Assembly (NCBI GenBank): GCA_040388215.1
Contig: JAZKCH010000015.1
Location: 17,771 to 81,770 of the forward strand
DNA from: Pseudomonadota bacterium
Lineage (GTDB): Bacteria; Pseudomonadota; Alphaproteobacteria; Sphingomonadales; Sphingomonadaceae
DNA length: 64,000 nucleotides
Direction: 5' to 3'
The position numbers and the translations under genes were made by a program. The notes under the pieces are model-generated. The model was not told where the DNA came from, did not search any database, and saw only the letters and a program-made list of their open reading frames with translations. Positions 47,570 to 59,536 of the stretch are shown here, in pieces (the first letter of the stretch is position 1; each line of letters begins with the position of its first letter).

Positions 47570-47653
47570 ATGCAGGACCTTCTCTGGATAGCGATCATGA
47601 TCGGACTGGTGGCGGCGACGCTCGCCTATGTCCGCCTGTGCGACAACGCGTGA
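47570..47653 (+). CDS. 27-aa single-TM peptide upstream of kdpF (missed by the ORF track)
   Basis: AAGGA RBS; MQDLLWIAIMIGLVAATLAYVRLCDNA; fills the torF-kdpF gap. Confidence 0.75.
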   Translation: MQDLLWIAIMIGLVAATLAYVRLCDNA

Positions 47654-47663
47654 GGACGCAGCC

Positions 47664-47753
47664 ATGACCCTCGACCTCTGGCTCGCCGCGATCGTCGCGC
47701 TCGGGCTGCTGTTTTACCTCGTGGCGGTGCTGATCCGTCCCGAACGCTTTTAG
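47664..47753 (+). CDS. kdpF: K+-transporting ATPase subunit F
   Basis: GAGGA RBS; 29 aa MTLDLWLAAIVALGLLFYLVAVLIRPERF with the YL..AL.RPERF signature. Confidence 0.92.
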   Translation: MTLDLWLAAIVALGLLFYLVAVLIRPERF

Positions 47754-47765
47754 GAGCGCGTTCCC

Positions 47766-49469
47766 ATGACATTCCAGGGATGGATCCTGATCCTCGGCTT
47801 CGTCGGCATCCTGCTGGCGCTGACCAAACCCGTCGGTATGTGGCTGTTCGCGCTGTACGAAGGCCGCCGCACCCCGATCCACGCCGTCCTCGGCCCGGTC
47901 GAAACGGGCTTCTACAAGCTTGCCGGGATCGACCCGAAACAGGAGCAGAGCTGGCGTCGCTACGCGCTGCACATGCTCCTGTTCAACGCGACGTTGATGG
48001 CGCTGACCTACGCGGTGTTGCGCCTGCAGGGCGTGCTGCCGGGTAACCCGCAGGATCTCGCTGGCCTCGCGCCGCATCTGGCGTTCAACACCGCGGTCAG
48101 CTTCACGACCAACACCAATTGGCAGAGCTATGGTGGCGAATCCACCATGTCGAACTTCAGCCAGATGTTCGGCCTGACGATCCACAACTTCCTGTCGGCG
48201 GCAACCGGCATCGCGCTCGCGTTCGCGCTGTTCCGCGGGTTCGCGCGGCGATCGGCCACGACGATCGGCAATTTCTGGGCGGATGCGACGCGCGTCACAT
48301 TGTACCTGCTGCTGCCGATCTCGTGTCTCTACGCGCTGTTCCTGATCGCCAGCGGCGTGCCGCAGACGCTCGCCGCCACCGTCGACGTCACCACGCTGGA
48401 GGGGCTCAAGCAGACGCTCGCGCTCGGTCCGGTGGCGAGCCAGGAAGCGATCAAGATGCTCGGCACCAATGGTGGCGGCTTCTTCAACGCGAACTCGGCG
48501 CATCCGTTCGAAAACCCGACGGCGCTCACCAACCTGATCCAGATGCTGTCGATCTTCGTGATCGGCTTCGGCCTGACCTGGACGTTCGGCAAGGCGGTCG
48601 GCAACACCCGGCAAGGCTGGGCGATCCTCTCGGCGATGGTCATCCTGTTCCTCGCCGGCGTCACCGTCACCTATTGGCAGGAGGCCGCGGGCAACCCGAT
48701 CATGCACCAGATCGGCGTCGCGGGCGGTAACATGGAGGGCAAGGAGGTCCGCTTCGGGATCGCCGCGTCCGCGTTGTTCTCGGTCGTTACGACGGCGGCA
48801 TCGTGCGGCGCGGTCAACGCGATGCACGACAGCTTCACCGCCCTGGGCGGCATGATCCCGCTGCTCAACATCCAGCTTGGCGAAGTCGTCATCGGCGGAG
48901 TCGGTGCAGGTATCTACGGCTTCCTGCTGTTCGCGATCTTGGCCGTGTTCGTCGCAGGCCTGATGGTCGGCCGCACGCCCGAATATGTCGGCAAGAAGAT
49001 CGAGAGCCGCGAAGTGAAACTGGCGGTGCTGGCGATCGCCATCCTGCCGCTCGTCATCCTCGGCTTTACCGCGCTCAGTGCCGTGCTGCCCGACGGGCTG
49101 GCGGGGCCGCTCAACAAGGGGCCGCACGGGTTCACCGAGATCCTCTACGCCTTCACCAGCGGCGTCGGGAACAACGGCTCGGCGTTCGCGGGCCTGACCG
49201 CCGCAACGCCTTATTATGACGGGTTGCTCGGGGTCGCGATGTGGCTCGGGCGCTTCTTCATCATCGTGCCTATGCTCGCCATCGCAGGCTCGCTCGCCGC
49301 CAAGAAGCACACGCCCGAAAGCGCAGGCTCGTTCCCGACGACGGGTGCGCTGTGGGTCGGCCTGCTGATCGGGATCATCCTGATCGTCGGTGGCCTGACC
49401 TTCCTGCCGAGCCTCGCGCTCGGTCCCATCGCCGATCATCTCGCGATGATCAGCGGCAAAACCTTCTGA
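47766..49469 (+). CDS. kdpA: K+-transporting ATPase subunit A
   Basis: [36 protein letters not shown] and GNNGSAF motifs. Confidence 0.97.
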   Translation: MTFQGWILILGFVGILLALTKPVGMWLFALYEGRRTPIHAVLGPVETGFYKLAGIDPKQEQSWRRYALHMLLFNATLMALTYAVLRLQGVLPGNPQDLAGLAPHLAFNTAVSFTTNTNWQSYGGESTMSNFSQMFGLTIHNFLSAATGIALAFALFRGFARRSATTIGNFWADATRVTLYLLLPISCLYALFLIASGVPQTLAATVDVTTLEGLKQTLALGPVASQEAIKMLGTNGGGFFNANSAHPFENPTALTNLIQMLSIFVIGFGLTWTFGKAVGNTRQGWAILSAMVILFLAGVTVTYWQEAAGNPIMHQIGVAGGNMEGKEVRFGIAASALFSVVTTAASCGAVNAMHDSFTALGGMIPLLNIQLGEVVIGGVGAGIYGFLLFAILAVFVAGLMVGRTPEYVGKKIESREVKLAVLAIAILPLVILGFTALSAVLPDGLAGPLNKGPHGFTEILYAFTSGVGNNGSAFAGLTAATPYYDGLLGVAMWLGRFFIIVPMLAIAGSLAAKKHTPESAGSFPTTGALWVGLLIGIILIVGGLTFLPSLALGPIADHLAMISGKTF

Positions 49470-49483
49470 CGGGACAAGCCAAA

Positions 49484-51514
<2,031 letters not shown>

Positions 51515-51517
51515 AAT

Positions 51518-51572
51518 TGTTCTCCCGCGAAGGCGGGAGCCCAGACTGGGTCCCCGCCTTCGCGGGGACACA
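51518..51572. repeat. REP-type inverted doublet between kdpB and kdpC
   Basis: TGTTCTCCCGCGAAGGCGGGAGCCCAG-A-CTGGGTCCCCGCCTTCGCGGGGACACA; each arm is itself a hairpin. Confidence 0.88.
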
Positions 51573-51584
51573 AGGAGTTGCAGA

Positions 51585-52166
51585 ATGACATCCGATTTTA
51601 CCTCCGCCCTTCGCCCCGCGTTCGTCATGACGATCCTGTTCGCGCTGCTGCTCGGGATCGTCTATCCCCTCGCTATGACCGGGATCGGACAGGCCATCTT
51701 CCCCGCCCAAGCGAACGGCAGCCTCGTCATGGCCAATGGCAAGGCGATCGGCTCGACCGTCGTCGGGCAGGCGTTCACCACCGACCGCTATTTCCAGACG
51801 CGTCCCTCCGCCGCCGGCAAAGGTTATGACGGCCTCGCCTCGTCGGGCTCCAACCTCGGGCCGACCAGCCAGGCGCTCGTCGATCGCACCAAGGCTGACG
51901 TCGCCAAGCGCCGCGCGGAAGGCGTGACCGGGCCACTGCCGGCCGACCTTGCTACCGCCTCGGGCTCGGGCCTCGATCCCGATTTGTCGCCAGCCTCGGC
52001 TTACGCACAGGTCGCTCGCGTCGCACGTATCCGCGGCCTGTCCGCCGACACGGTCCGCGGTCTGGTGACGGCTAACGTCGACGGCCCGCTGTTCGGCCTC
52101 CTCGGCGAGCCGCGCGTCAACGTCCTCGCGCTCAACCGCGCGCTGGACGCGACGGGCGCGCGTTGA
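51585..52166 (+). CDS. kdpC: K+-transporting ATPase subunit C
   Basis: QANGSL, YFQTRPSA, SGSNLGP, TASGSGLDP and GEPRVNVL motifs. Confidence 0.96.
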   Translation: MTSDFTSALRPAFVMTILFALLLGIVYPLAMTGIGQAIFPAQANGSLVMANGKAIGSTVVGQAFTTDRYFQTRPSAAGKGYDGLASSGSNLGPTSQALVDRTKADVAKRRAEGVTGPLPADLATASGSGLDPDLSPASAYAQVARVARIRGLSADTVRGLVTANVDGPLFGLLGEPRVNVLALNRALDATGAR

Positions 52167-54823
52167 ACGACGACGGACGACCATCCCCCGAGGCCCTTCT
52201 GCGACAGGCGTCGCAGGAGGGTCGCGGCCGTCTGAAGATCTTTCTCGGCGCCGCACCCGGTGTCGGCAAAACCTACGAGATGCTCTCAGAGGGCGCCGAA
52301 CGCCGCCGGGCGGGTGTCGACGTCGTCATCGGCGTGGTCGAGACGCACGGCCGTGTCGAAACCGAAGCGCTCACGCGGGGCCACGAGATCGTCCCGCGCA
52401 AAGCGATCCCCTACGAAGGCCGCACGCTCGACGAGATGGACCTCGACGCCATCCTCGAACGCGCCCCGACGCTCGTCCTCGTCGACGAACTCGCCCACAC
52501 CAACGCGCCCGGCAGCCGCCACCCCAAACGCTACCAGGACGTCGAGGAACTGCTCGCCGCGGGCATCGACGTCTATTCGACGATCAACATCCAGCACATC
52601 GAGAGCCTGAACGACGTCGTCGCCTCGTTCACCCGCGTCCGCGTCCGCGAGACGGTTCCCGACAGCATCGTCGAGGCTGCCGAGATCGAAGTCGTCGACA
52701 TCCCGCCCGACGAACTGATCGAGCGGTTGAAGGCGGGCAAGGTCTACTTGCCGCAAGAGGCCACGCGCGCCCTCTCGCATTTCTTCTCCAAGTCAAACCT
52801 GTCGGCATTACGCGAACTCGCGCTCCGTCGTGCCGCACAAGCCGTCGACGCGCAGATGCTCGAACACGTCCGCGCGCTCGGCGTCGGCGGTACCTGGGCG
52901 GGCGGCGAGCGGATCGTCGTCGCGATCAGCGAATTGCCCGGCGCACTGGGTCTCGTCCGCGCGACCAAGCGGATCGCCGACGCGATGCACGCGCCCTGGA
53001 CCGCGGTGTATATCGAGACGCCGCGCGCGCAGACCTTCGGCGAGGCCGAGCACCGCCAGCTCGCCGCCGTCTTCAACCTCGCGACTCAACTCGGTGGCGA
53101 TGTCGCCACCGTCCCCGCGACGTCCGTGGTCGATGGTTTGAAGACCTTCACCACCGAGGCCCGCGCGACGCAACTCGTGGTCGGCAAGTCGACGCGATCG
53201 CGCTGGTTCGAACTCCGCCACGGTTCGGTCGTCGACCAGATGGTCCGCGAGACGCCGGGCATCGCCGTCCATGTCCTGCCGATGGAGGCGAGCAATGCGG
53301 CTCCGGCCGGCAAAAAGCGTACCGGCGATTGGGGCAGCAAGGCGGGATACGTCTGGACGACGGCGATGGTCGCGGGCGTCACCGGCGTGGCGAGCGCGCT
53401 GTTCCACATCCTCAACCTCGGCAACGTCGCGCTGCTCTATTTGCTGCCGGTGATGGCCGCGGCGAGCCTGTTCGGCCTGCGTACCGGGCTGTTCGCCGGC
53501 ATCGCCTCGTCGATCGCGTACAACTTCTTCTTCCTGCCGCCGACCGGCACGCTGACGATCAACAATCCCGAGAACGTGATCTCGATCCTCGTCCTGCTCG
53601 GCATCGCCTTCGTCACGAGCCAGCTCACGTCGCGGGTCCGCGCGCAGGCCGACATCGCCGCCGCCAGTGCGCGCACCAACGCCGCGCTCGCGGGGTTCCT
53701 GCGGCAACTAACCTCGCTGAACGAGCCGGTCGCGCTGGCCCGCGCGATCTGCGAGGAGGTCGGCCGGTTGTTCGGCGTACGTGCCGTCATCCTCGTCGCG
53801 GAGGACCCTGGCCTCGCTGTGCAGGCGGCGAACGGTGCGGATTACCGGCTCGAGACGATGGAGATGGCCGCGGCGCAATGGGCCTATGACAGCGGCGCGC
53901 CGGCGGGTCGCGGGTCGAGCACGCTGGCGGCATCGGAATGGTTCTTCCAGCCGTTGCGATCGGGCGAGCGGACGCTGGCGGTGCTCGGGCTCGCGCGAGA
54001 GGCGGGCGGCGATCCGGTGCGATCGGACCAGCTGCCGCTGCTGATGAGCCTTGTGGATCAGGCGTCGCTGGTGCTCGAACGCGCGCGACTCGAAGTCGAA
54101 ATGCGCGATGTCGATGCGGTGCGCGAGCGCGATCGATTGCGGCAGGCGTTGCTGTCGTCGGTCAGCCATGACCTGCGCACGCCACTGACGTCGGTGATGG
54201 CGGCGGCGGCGGAGCTGCACCGCGGCGTTACGCCCGAGCTGATCGCGACGATCGAGAGCGAGGCGGCGCGGCTCAATCGGTTCGTCGGCAATCTGCTCGA
54301 CATGGCGCGGGTCGAGGCGGGCGCGCTCCGGTTGCGACTCGAACCGACCGACCTGACCGACGCGGTGGCGGGCGCGGTGCACGACACGAAGCGCGTGCTC
54401 GAAGGTCATGCGATCGAACTCGATGTCGCCCCGAACCTGCCTTTGGTCCGCGTCGATCCGCAACTGCTGCACCATTGCCTGCTCAACCTGCTCGACAACG
54501 CCGGCCGCTATGCAGATCCGGGGACGCCGATCGTGGTGCGTGCCGAGCACCGCTTCGGGATGTTGCGGCTGTCGGTGATCGACCAGGGGCCGGGCCTGCC
54601 GCCGGGTCGCGAAAAGGAGGTGTTTGAGACGTTCCGCCGCCTCGAAGGCTCCGACCGCGCGATCGGCGGGACGGGGCTTGGGCTTGCGATCGTGAAGGCG
54701 TTCGCCGAAGCGATGGGGATGAGCGTCGAAGCCAGCAATCGCGAAGACCTGACGGGCGCGCAGTTCAGCCTGTGCTTCCCCGTGGCCCTGCTCGTCCGCG
54801 ACACCGATGGAGCGAATCTATGA
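52163..54823 (+). CDS. kdpD: Sensor histidine kinase KdpD
   Basis: TTG start overlapping the kdpC stop; GAAPGVGKT, VDELAHTN, USP domain, 4 TM, SHDLRTPL and GTGLGL motifs. Confidence 0.96.
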   Translation: MNDDGRPSPEALLRQASQEGRGRLKIFLGAAPGVGKTYEMLSEGAERRRAGVDVVIGVVETHGRVETEALTRGHEIVPRKAIPYEGRTLDEMDLDAILERAPTLVLVDELAHTNAPGSRHPKRYQDVEELLAAGIDVYSTINIQHIESLNDVVASFTRVRVRETVPDSIVEAAEIEVVDIPPDELIERLKAGKVYLPQEATRALSHFFSKSNLSALRELALRRAAQAVDAQMLEHVRALGVGGTWAGGERIVVAISELPGALGLVRATKRIADAMHAPWTAVYIETPRAQTFGEAEHRQLAAVFNLATQLGGDVATVPATSVVDGLKTFTTEARATQLVVGKSTRSRWFELRHGSVVDQMVRETPGIAVHVLPMEASNAAPAGKKRTGDWGSKAGYVWTTAMVAGVTGVASALFHILNLGNVALLYLLPVMAAASLFGLRTGLFAGIASSIAYNFFFLPPTGTLTINNPENVISILVLLGIAFVTSQLTSRVRAQADIAAASARTNAALAGFLRQLTSLNEPVALARAICEEVGRLFGVRAVILVAEDPGLAVQAANGADYRLETMEMAAAQWAYDSGAPAGRGSSTLAASEWFFQPLRSGERTLAVLGLAREAGGDPVRSDQLPLLMSLVDQASLVLERARLEVEMRDVDAVRERDRLRQALLSSVSHDLRTPLTSVMAAAAELHRGVTPELIATIESEAARLNRFVGNLLDMARVEAGALRLRLEPTDLTDAVAGAVHDTKRVLEGHAIELDVAPNLPLVRVDPQLLHHCLLNLLDNAGRYADPGTPIVVRAEHRFGMLRLSVIDQGPGLPPGREKEVFETFRRLEGSDRAIGGTGLGLAIVKAFAEAMGMSVEASNREDLTGAQFSLCFPVALLVRDTDGANL

Positions 54824-55509
54824 GCGCGCAGACGGTCCTGATCGTCGACGATGAACTGCATATCCGGCGGCTGTTGAAGAACACGCTGGAGCGGGCAGGG
54901 TACGGCGTCGAGGAGGCGGTCGACGCGCGCGAGGCTTTGCGGGTTGCGGCGAGCCGGCCGTTGACCGCGGTGCTGCTCGACTTGGGGTTGCCCGACCGCG
55001 ACGGGCTGGAACTGGTGCCGCTGCTGAAAAAGCTCGGCGATCCGATCGTGCTGGTCGTGTCCGCACGCGAGGCGACCGACCAGAAGGTGGCAGCGCTCGA
55101 TCTCGGCGCCGAGGATTATGTGACCAAGCCGTTCGATACCGAGGAGTTGCTTGCCCGGTTGCGGGTCGCGTTGCGGGGGCGCGGCGAGGCGACGTCGCGA
55201 CCGACGGTGTTGCGTGCGCATGGGGTCGAGATCGATTTCGAGCACCGGTTGGTCCGGCGCGGGAACGAGGAGGCGCATCTGACGCGCAAGGAGTTCGACG
55301 TGTTGTCGGCGCTGGCCGCGCATCCGGGGCGGGTCGTGACTCACCAGCGGATATTGGAGGCGGCGTGGCCGACGGATCACGATCGTCGGATCGAGTATCT
55401 GCGCATCGTCGTGCGCAATCTGCGGCAGAAGTTGGAGGGGGCGGGGGGCGTTGGAACGGTCATCGCGAACGAGCTCGGGATTGGGTATCGGCTCCTCGTC
55501 GAGGCCTAA
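54820..55509 (+). CDS. kdpE: Response regulator KdpE
   Basis: ATGA overlap; IVDDE, LDLGLPD, KPF and a winged-helix C-terminus. Confidence 0.94.
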   Translation: MSAQTVLIVDDELHIRRLLKNTLERAGYGVEEAVDAREALRVAASRPLTAVLLDLGLPDRDGLELVPLLKKLGDPIVLVVSAREATDQKVAALDLGAEDYVTKPFDTEELLARLRVALRGRGEATSRPTVLRAHGVEIDFEHRLVRRGNEEAHLTRKEFDVLSALAAHPGRVVTHQRILEAAWPTDHDRRIEYLRIVVRNLRQKLEGAGGVGTVIANELGIGYRLLVEA

Positions 55510-55521
55510 GCGGAGAAAGCA

Positions 55522-55576
55522 TGTTTCCCCGCGAAGGCGGGGACCCAGTCTGGGCTCCCGCCTTCGCGGGAGAACA
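55522..55576. repeat. REP-type inverted doublet downstream of kdpE
   Basis: 54/55 identical to the reverse complement of 51518-51572. Confidence 0.88.
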
Positions 55577-55615
55577 AGGATGCGAGCGGTCCGCTCATAA
55601 TTTTCGCGCCGACCC

Positions 55616-55693
55616 GTTACCCTCGCGAAAGCTGGGGTTTCCAGCCACGCGTCGTCCCTGCCGCGCGAGGTCCCGGCTTTCGCCGGGATGACG
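55616..55693. repeat. Degenerate CGTC-type REP doublet
   Basis: The right arm reads CGTCATCCCGGCGAAAGCCGGGA on the minus strand; the left arm CGTTACCCTCGCGAAAGCTGGGG is degenerate. Confidence 0.7.
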
Positions 55694-55777
55694 GGGTTGC
55701 GCACTATGCAAACGCTATGGCTCACCTTCGAAATCAATCTCGAACGCTTATGCGGCTAGCGATAGCTCAAGCATTGC

Positions 55778-56023
55778 ATGACCGCCCCCCGCCGCCTCCG
55801 CACCGACCTCAGCCTCCGCGCAGGCGGCATCCTGTCGCTCGCGATCGCCTTCATCGCGATCCACACGCTTGCCCGTCTCCAACCGCAAACCGGCGCGTTT
55901 GCCTTCCTGCTCGCCGCCATCGGCTTCCTCTGCGCGAGTGGTGGCGCGATGCTGGTGATCGTCGGCCACCACATCCACGACCGGGTTAAGGTCAGCGCTC
56001 GCTGGCGACGCGTGGCGCGATAG
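55778..56023 (+). CDS. 81-aa hypothetical membrane protein (2 TM)
   Basis: Two hydrophobic segments and a basic tail; same strand between kdpE and opgD. Confidence 0.65.
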   Translation: MTAPRRLRTDLSLRAGGILSLAIAFIAIHTLARLQPQTGAFAFLLAAIGFLCASGGAMLVIVGHHIHDRVKVSARWRRVAR

Positions 56024-56110
56024 GCCGCGCCGGGGGCGGGACCTGTCGACGCGCGCGCGCGATGTCCTTATGCTACCGCATTGCAGCATAATGACGAGGG
56101 AGCGCTCTGC

Positions 56111-57604
56111 ATGATCGGTCGACGCGAAGTAATGACCGCGCTGGGTCTGTTGGGTGTCCTGCCACAGGCCGCCGCAGCGATGCGCGCAGCGCCCGGCAAG
56201 GCGGAGCCCTTCTCGTGGGAAACGCTTCAGCAACGCGCCGCAATGCTTGCAACGAAGCCGTACCAAGCCCCTGCCAAGGTCGCCGCCGCCGCCGCGATCG
56301 ATTACGACAAGGTCGGCAGCATCCGCTTCCGCGCGGACAAGACGCTGGCGGGCGGTATCCGCCTGTTCCCGCTCGGCCGCTATGCGCCGATGCCGGTTGC
56401 GATCAACGTCGTCGAGGGTGGGCAGGCGCGCCGCATCGACTTCTCGCGCGATCTGTTCGAGGCCGAAGAGGGCCACGCCGCCGCGCTCGGCATCGCCGGG
56501 TTCCGCGCGATGGCGCCGGGTGGGACCAGCGACTGGATGGCGTTCCAGGGCGCGTCCTATTTCCGTACCGCCGGCTCGCAGGACCAATACGGCCTGTCCG
56601 CGCGCGGGCTCGCGATCAACACCGGGCTGCCCGGCCGCGAGGAATTCCCCGACTTCACCGAATTCTGGATCGAGCGGACCGGCGCCGACGCGTACACGAT
56701 CTACGCGCTGATGGACGGCGCGAGCGTCACCGGCGCGTACCGCTTCCAGTCGCGGCATGTCGCTGGCGCGGGCGTCGAGCAGCAGGTTTCATCCGTCCTG
56801 AACATCCGCCGCGACATCGAACGGCTCGGCGTCGCGCCCGCGACCAGCATGTTCTGGTACGGCGAAGGCAATCGCGCCGCCGCGGTCGACTGGCGGCCCG
56901 AGATCCACGATTCGGACGGCCTCGCGCTGCTCACCGGCGCGGGCGAACGAATCTGGCGGCCGCTCAACAATCCGCCGCACGATACGCTCGACAGCTTTGC
57001 GGATCAGGCGCCCAAGGGCTTCGGTCTGATCCAGCGCGACCGCAATTTCGATCATTATCAGGACGACGGGGCGTTCTACGATCGCCGGCCGAACCTATGG
57101 GTTCAGCCGCAGGGCGATTGGGGCAAGGGTGCGGTGATGCTCTATGCGTTCCCGACCAACAGCGAGACGGTCGATAACGTCGTCTCGTTCTGGACGCCGG
57201 CCGCGCCTGCCAAAGCCGGCCAGCGGTTGCAGTTCGATTACACGCTATCGTGGAAATCGAGCGACCCGACCGCCGTCGCCGCGACCGCGCATGTCGTCGA
57301 TTGCTGGCAGGGCGTCGCCGGCCGACCGGGCGCCGAACCGGTCAAGGGCGCGCGAAAGCTGGTGGTCGATTTCATCGGCGACGGTCTTGCCGGGCTCGAC
57401 CGGCAGAGCGGCGTGACCGCCAAGATCGACGTCGTCCGCGGTAAAGTGCTCGCCAATGCGGCCTATCCGGTCGTCGGCCAGAAGAACCGCTGGCGCGTGA
57501 CCGCCGACATTGCCCCCGATGCGCAGGGGCCCGCCGACGTCAGGCTGTTTCTCACGCGCGGTGGTCGCGCGCTCAGCGAAACCGTGCTGACGCCGATCTT
57601 CTGA
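56111..57604 (+). CDS. opgD: Periplasmic glucan biosynthesis protein, OpgD/MdoD type (Tat exported)
   Basis: GRREV Tat motif; FQGASYFR, YGLSARGLAI, EEFPDF, WRPEIHDSDGL and WRPLNNP motifs. Confidence 0.88.
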   Translation: MIGRREVMTALGLLGVLPQAAAAMRAAPGKAEPFSWETLQQRAAMLATKPYQAPAKVAAAAAIDYDKVGSIRFRADKTLAGGIRLFPLGRYAPMPVAINVVEGGQARRIDFSRDLFEAEEGHAAALGIAGFRAMAPGGTSDWMAFQGASYFRTAGSQDQYGLSARGLAINTGLPGREEFPDFTEFWIERTGADAYTIYALMDGASVTGAYRFQSRHVAGAGVEQQVSSVLNIRRDIERLGVAPATSMFWYGEGNRAAAVDWRPEIHDSDGLALLTGAGERIWRPLNNPPHDTLDSFADQAPKGFGLIQRDRNFDHYQDDGAFYDRRPNLWVQPQGDWGKGAVMLYAFPTNSETVDNVVSFWTPAAPAKAGQRLQFDYTLSWKSSDPTAVAATAHVVDCWQGVAGRPGAEPVKGARKLVVDFIGDGLAGLDRQSGVTAKIDVVRGKVLANAAYPVVGQKNRWRVTADIAPDAQGPADVRLFLTRGGRALSETVLTPIF

Positions 57605-59412
57605 TGCACGACCTTCCCGCCATGATGCCGGGCGAGTCACCGATCGAGATGCTCCCGCAGCGTTTCGACGGGCCGCCGCCGCCCTGGTCCGCGCCCGAGC
57701 CGGGGCCGGGCATGGTCGTTTCGAACGACGATATGCTCGCGCGCCGGATCATCCTGATCTTGATGACCGGCCTGCTGGCGACCGCGGCATCGTCCGCGGT
57801 GCAGGAATCGCTGCTCGCCGATGGGCTGAGCCTGTGGGACGCGGTGCTGCTGGCGCTGTTCTTCCCGTTGTTCGCATGGATCGCGTTCGGCTTCATGAAC
57901 GCGGCAATTGGGTTTGTGCTGTTGATGACGGGCGGGCATCCGGGCTTCGTGCCCACGCCGCGGCAGTCCGAACCGCTCGAGGGTCGCACCGCGATCCTGA
58001 TGCCGGTCCACAACGAGGACATCGATGCGGTGTTCGAGCGGATCGCCTGGATGGCGCGCGCGATCGCCGCCGGCGGTGTCGCCGACCGGTTCGATATCTT
58101 CATCCTGAGCGACTCGGGCGAAGCGGCGGAGGCGGCCGAGGTCGCGGCGTGGCAGGCTCTCGCGCCGACGCTCGACTGCGCGCTCTATTACCGTCGCCGC
58201 ACCGAGAATGTGGGGCGCAAGCCGGGCAACGTAGCCGAGTGGATTCGGCGGTTCGGTGGCGGTTATCGGTACATGCTGATGCTCGACGCGGACAGCCTGA
58301 TGGGCGGCAACACGATCATCGGCATGGCGCAGGTACTCGAACGCCGCCCCGCGGTGGCGCTGCTCCAGACCGTGCCCGCGGTGATCAACGGCGTGACGTT
58401 TTTCCAGCGCTGGATGCAGTTCGCCAGCCGCCTCTATGGCCCGATCTCGACCGCGGGCCTAGTCTGGTGGTCGGGCTCGGAGGCCACCTTCTGGGGGCAT
58501 AACGCGCTGATCCGGATCGAAGCTTTCGCGAGCAGTTGCGGTCTGCCCGACCTGCCGGGCCGCGCGCCGTTCGGCGGCGTCATCATGAGCCACGATATGG
58601 TCGAGGCAGCGTTACTGCGCAGGCGCGGCTGGCGCGTGCATATGCTGATGACCGAGGAGACGTTCGAGGAATATCCGCCGACGCTGATCGACGCGGCGGT
58701 GCGCGATCGGCGTTGGGCGCAGGGGAATATCCAGCATCTGAGCCTGCTGACCTCGTCGGGGTTCCACTGGGTCAGTCGGCTGCAGCTGCTGATGGGCGCG
58801 TCGGCGTTCATCACCTCGCCGGTGTGGCTGCTGATGATCGCGACCAGCGTGGTGCAGGCGCTGATCGGCGAGCGCAACATCGTCGAGGCGCAGACCTCGC
58901 TCGAGGTGCTGATGGTCACGCTGTTGCTGCTGTTCGGGCCGAAGCTGCTGAGCGTGATCTGGGCGTTCTCGAATGCGGAGCGTCGCGAGGGGTTTGGCGG
59001 GCGGCGCGGGATCGTGCGGTCGGTGCTGGTCGACGTGCCGTTCTCGATGCTGTCGGCACCGGTGATCGCGTTGACGCAGACGATGGACCTCGCGGGGATC
59101 CTGATGGGCCGCAAGTCCGGTTGGGCGCCGCAGAACCGCGATGCGCAGGAGTTGTCGCTGGCTGACGTGATGCCGCGGTATCACTGGCATGTCGGGGTGG
59201 GCGTCGCGCTGTTGGCGGTGACCCCGTTTGCGCCGATCACTGCGGCGTGGCTCGCGCCGGTGACGCTGGGGCTGTTGCTCAGCCCGTTCCTGACGATGCT
59301 GACGGCGAGCGAGAAGGCGGGGAAGTGGGCGTCGTCGCATGGCATGTTCGTGGAGCCCGGCGAGCATGTCTCGGTGCTCTCACGGCCGTCGCTTCCGGCG
59401 CATAGCAGCTGA
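57604..59412 (+). CDS. opgH: Glucans biosynthesis glucosyltransferase OpgH/MdoH (short form)
   Basis: TGATG coupling; ILMPVHNE, ILSDS, RKPGN, LDADS, FWGHNA, SHD and RDRRWAQGN motifs. Confidence 0.95.
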   Translation: MHDLPAMMPGESPIEMLPQRFDGPPPPWSAPEPGPGMVVSNDDMLARRIILILMTGLLATAASSAVQESLLADGLSLWDAVLLALFFPLFAWIAFGFMNAAIGFVLLMTGGHPGFVPTPRQSEPLEGRTAILMPVHNEDIDAVFERIAWMARAIAAGGVADRFDIFILSDSGEAAEAAEVAAWQALAPTLDCALYYRRRTENVGRKPGNVAEWIRRFGGGYRYMLMLDADSLMGGNTIIGMAQVLERRPAVALLQTVPAVINGVTFFQRWMQFASRLYGPISTAGLVWWSGSEATFWGHNALIRIEAFASSCGLPDLPGRAPFGGVIMSHDMVEAALLRRRGWRVHMLMTEETFEEYPPTLIDAAVRDRRWAQGNIQHLSLLTSSGFHWVSRLQLLMGASAFITSPVWLLMIATSVVQALIGERNIVEAQTSLEVLMVTLLLLFGPKLLSVIWAFSNAERREGFGGRRGIVRSVLVDVPFSMLSAPVIALTQTMDLAGILMGRKSGWAPQNRDAQELSLADVMPRYHWHVGVGVALLAVTPFAPITAAWLAPVTLGLLLSPFLTMLTASEKAGKWASSHGMFVEPGEHVSVLSRPSLPAHSS

Positions 59413-59416
59413 TATC

Positions 59417-59533
59417 TCCTCCCCTGCAAGGGGAGGTGGCCGGCACTTGCCAGACGGAGGGGTGATACGCTCTCGATAGGGCGTCACCCCTCCGTCAGTC
59501 CTGCGGACTGCCACCTCCCCTCGCAGGGGAGGA
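59417..59533. repeat. ~117-bp nested palindromic element (RIME/CIR-like) between convergent opgH and MFS genes
   Basis: TCCTCCCCTGCAAGGGGAGGTGGC...GCCACCTCCCCTCGCAGGGGAGGA with inner GACGGAGGGG/CCCCTCCGTC arms; same family as 43869-43990. Confidence 0.85.
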
Positions 59534-59536
59534 TAA

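Noticed and set aside
55510-55700. Clustered palindromes as a possible CRISPR array or ncRNA
   Set aside because: They are inverted REP doublets of different subtypes with no regular direct repeat-spacer period, and no cas genes are present.
56068-56091. TTATGCT-N10-AGCATAA palindrome upstream of opgD
   Set aside because: It is a single 7-bp inverted repeat with no second copy or assignable regulator, too weak to call an operator.
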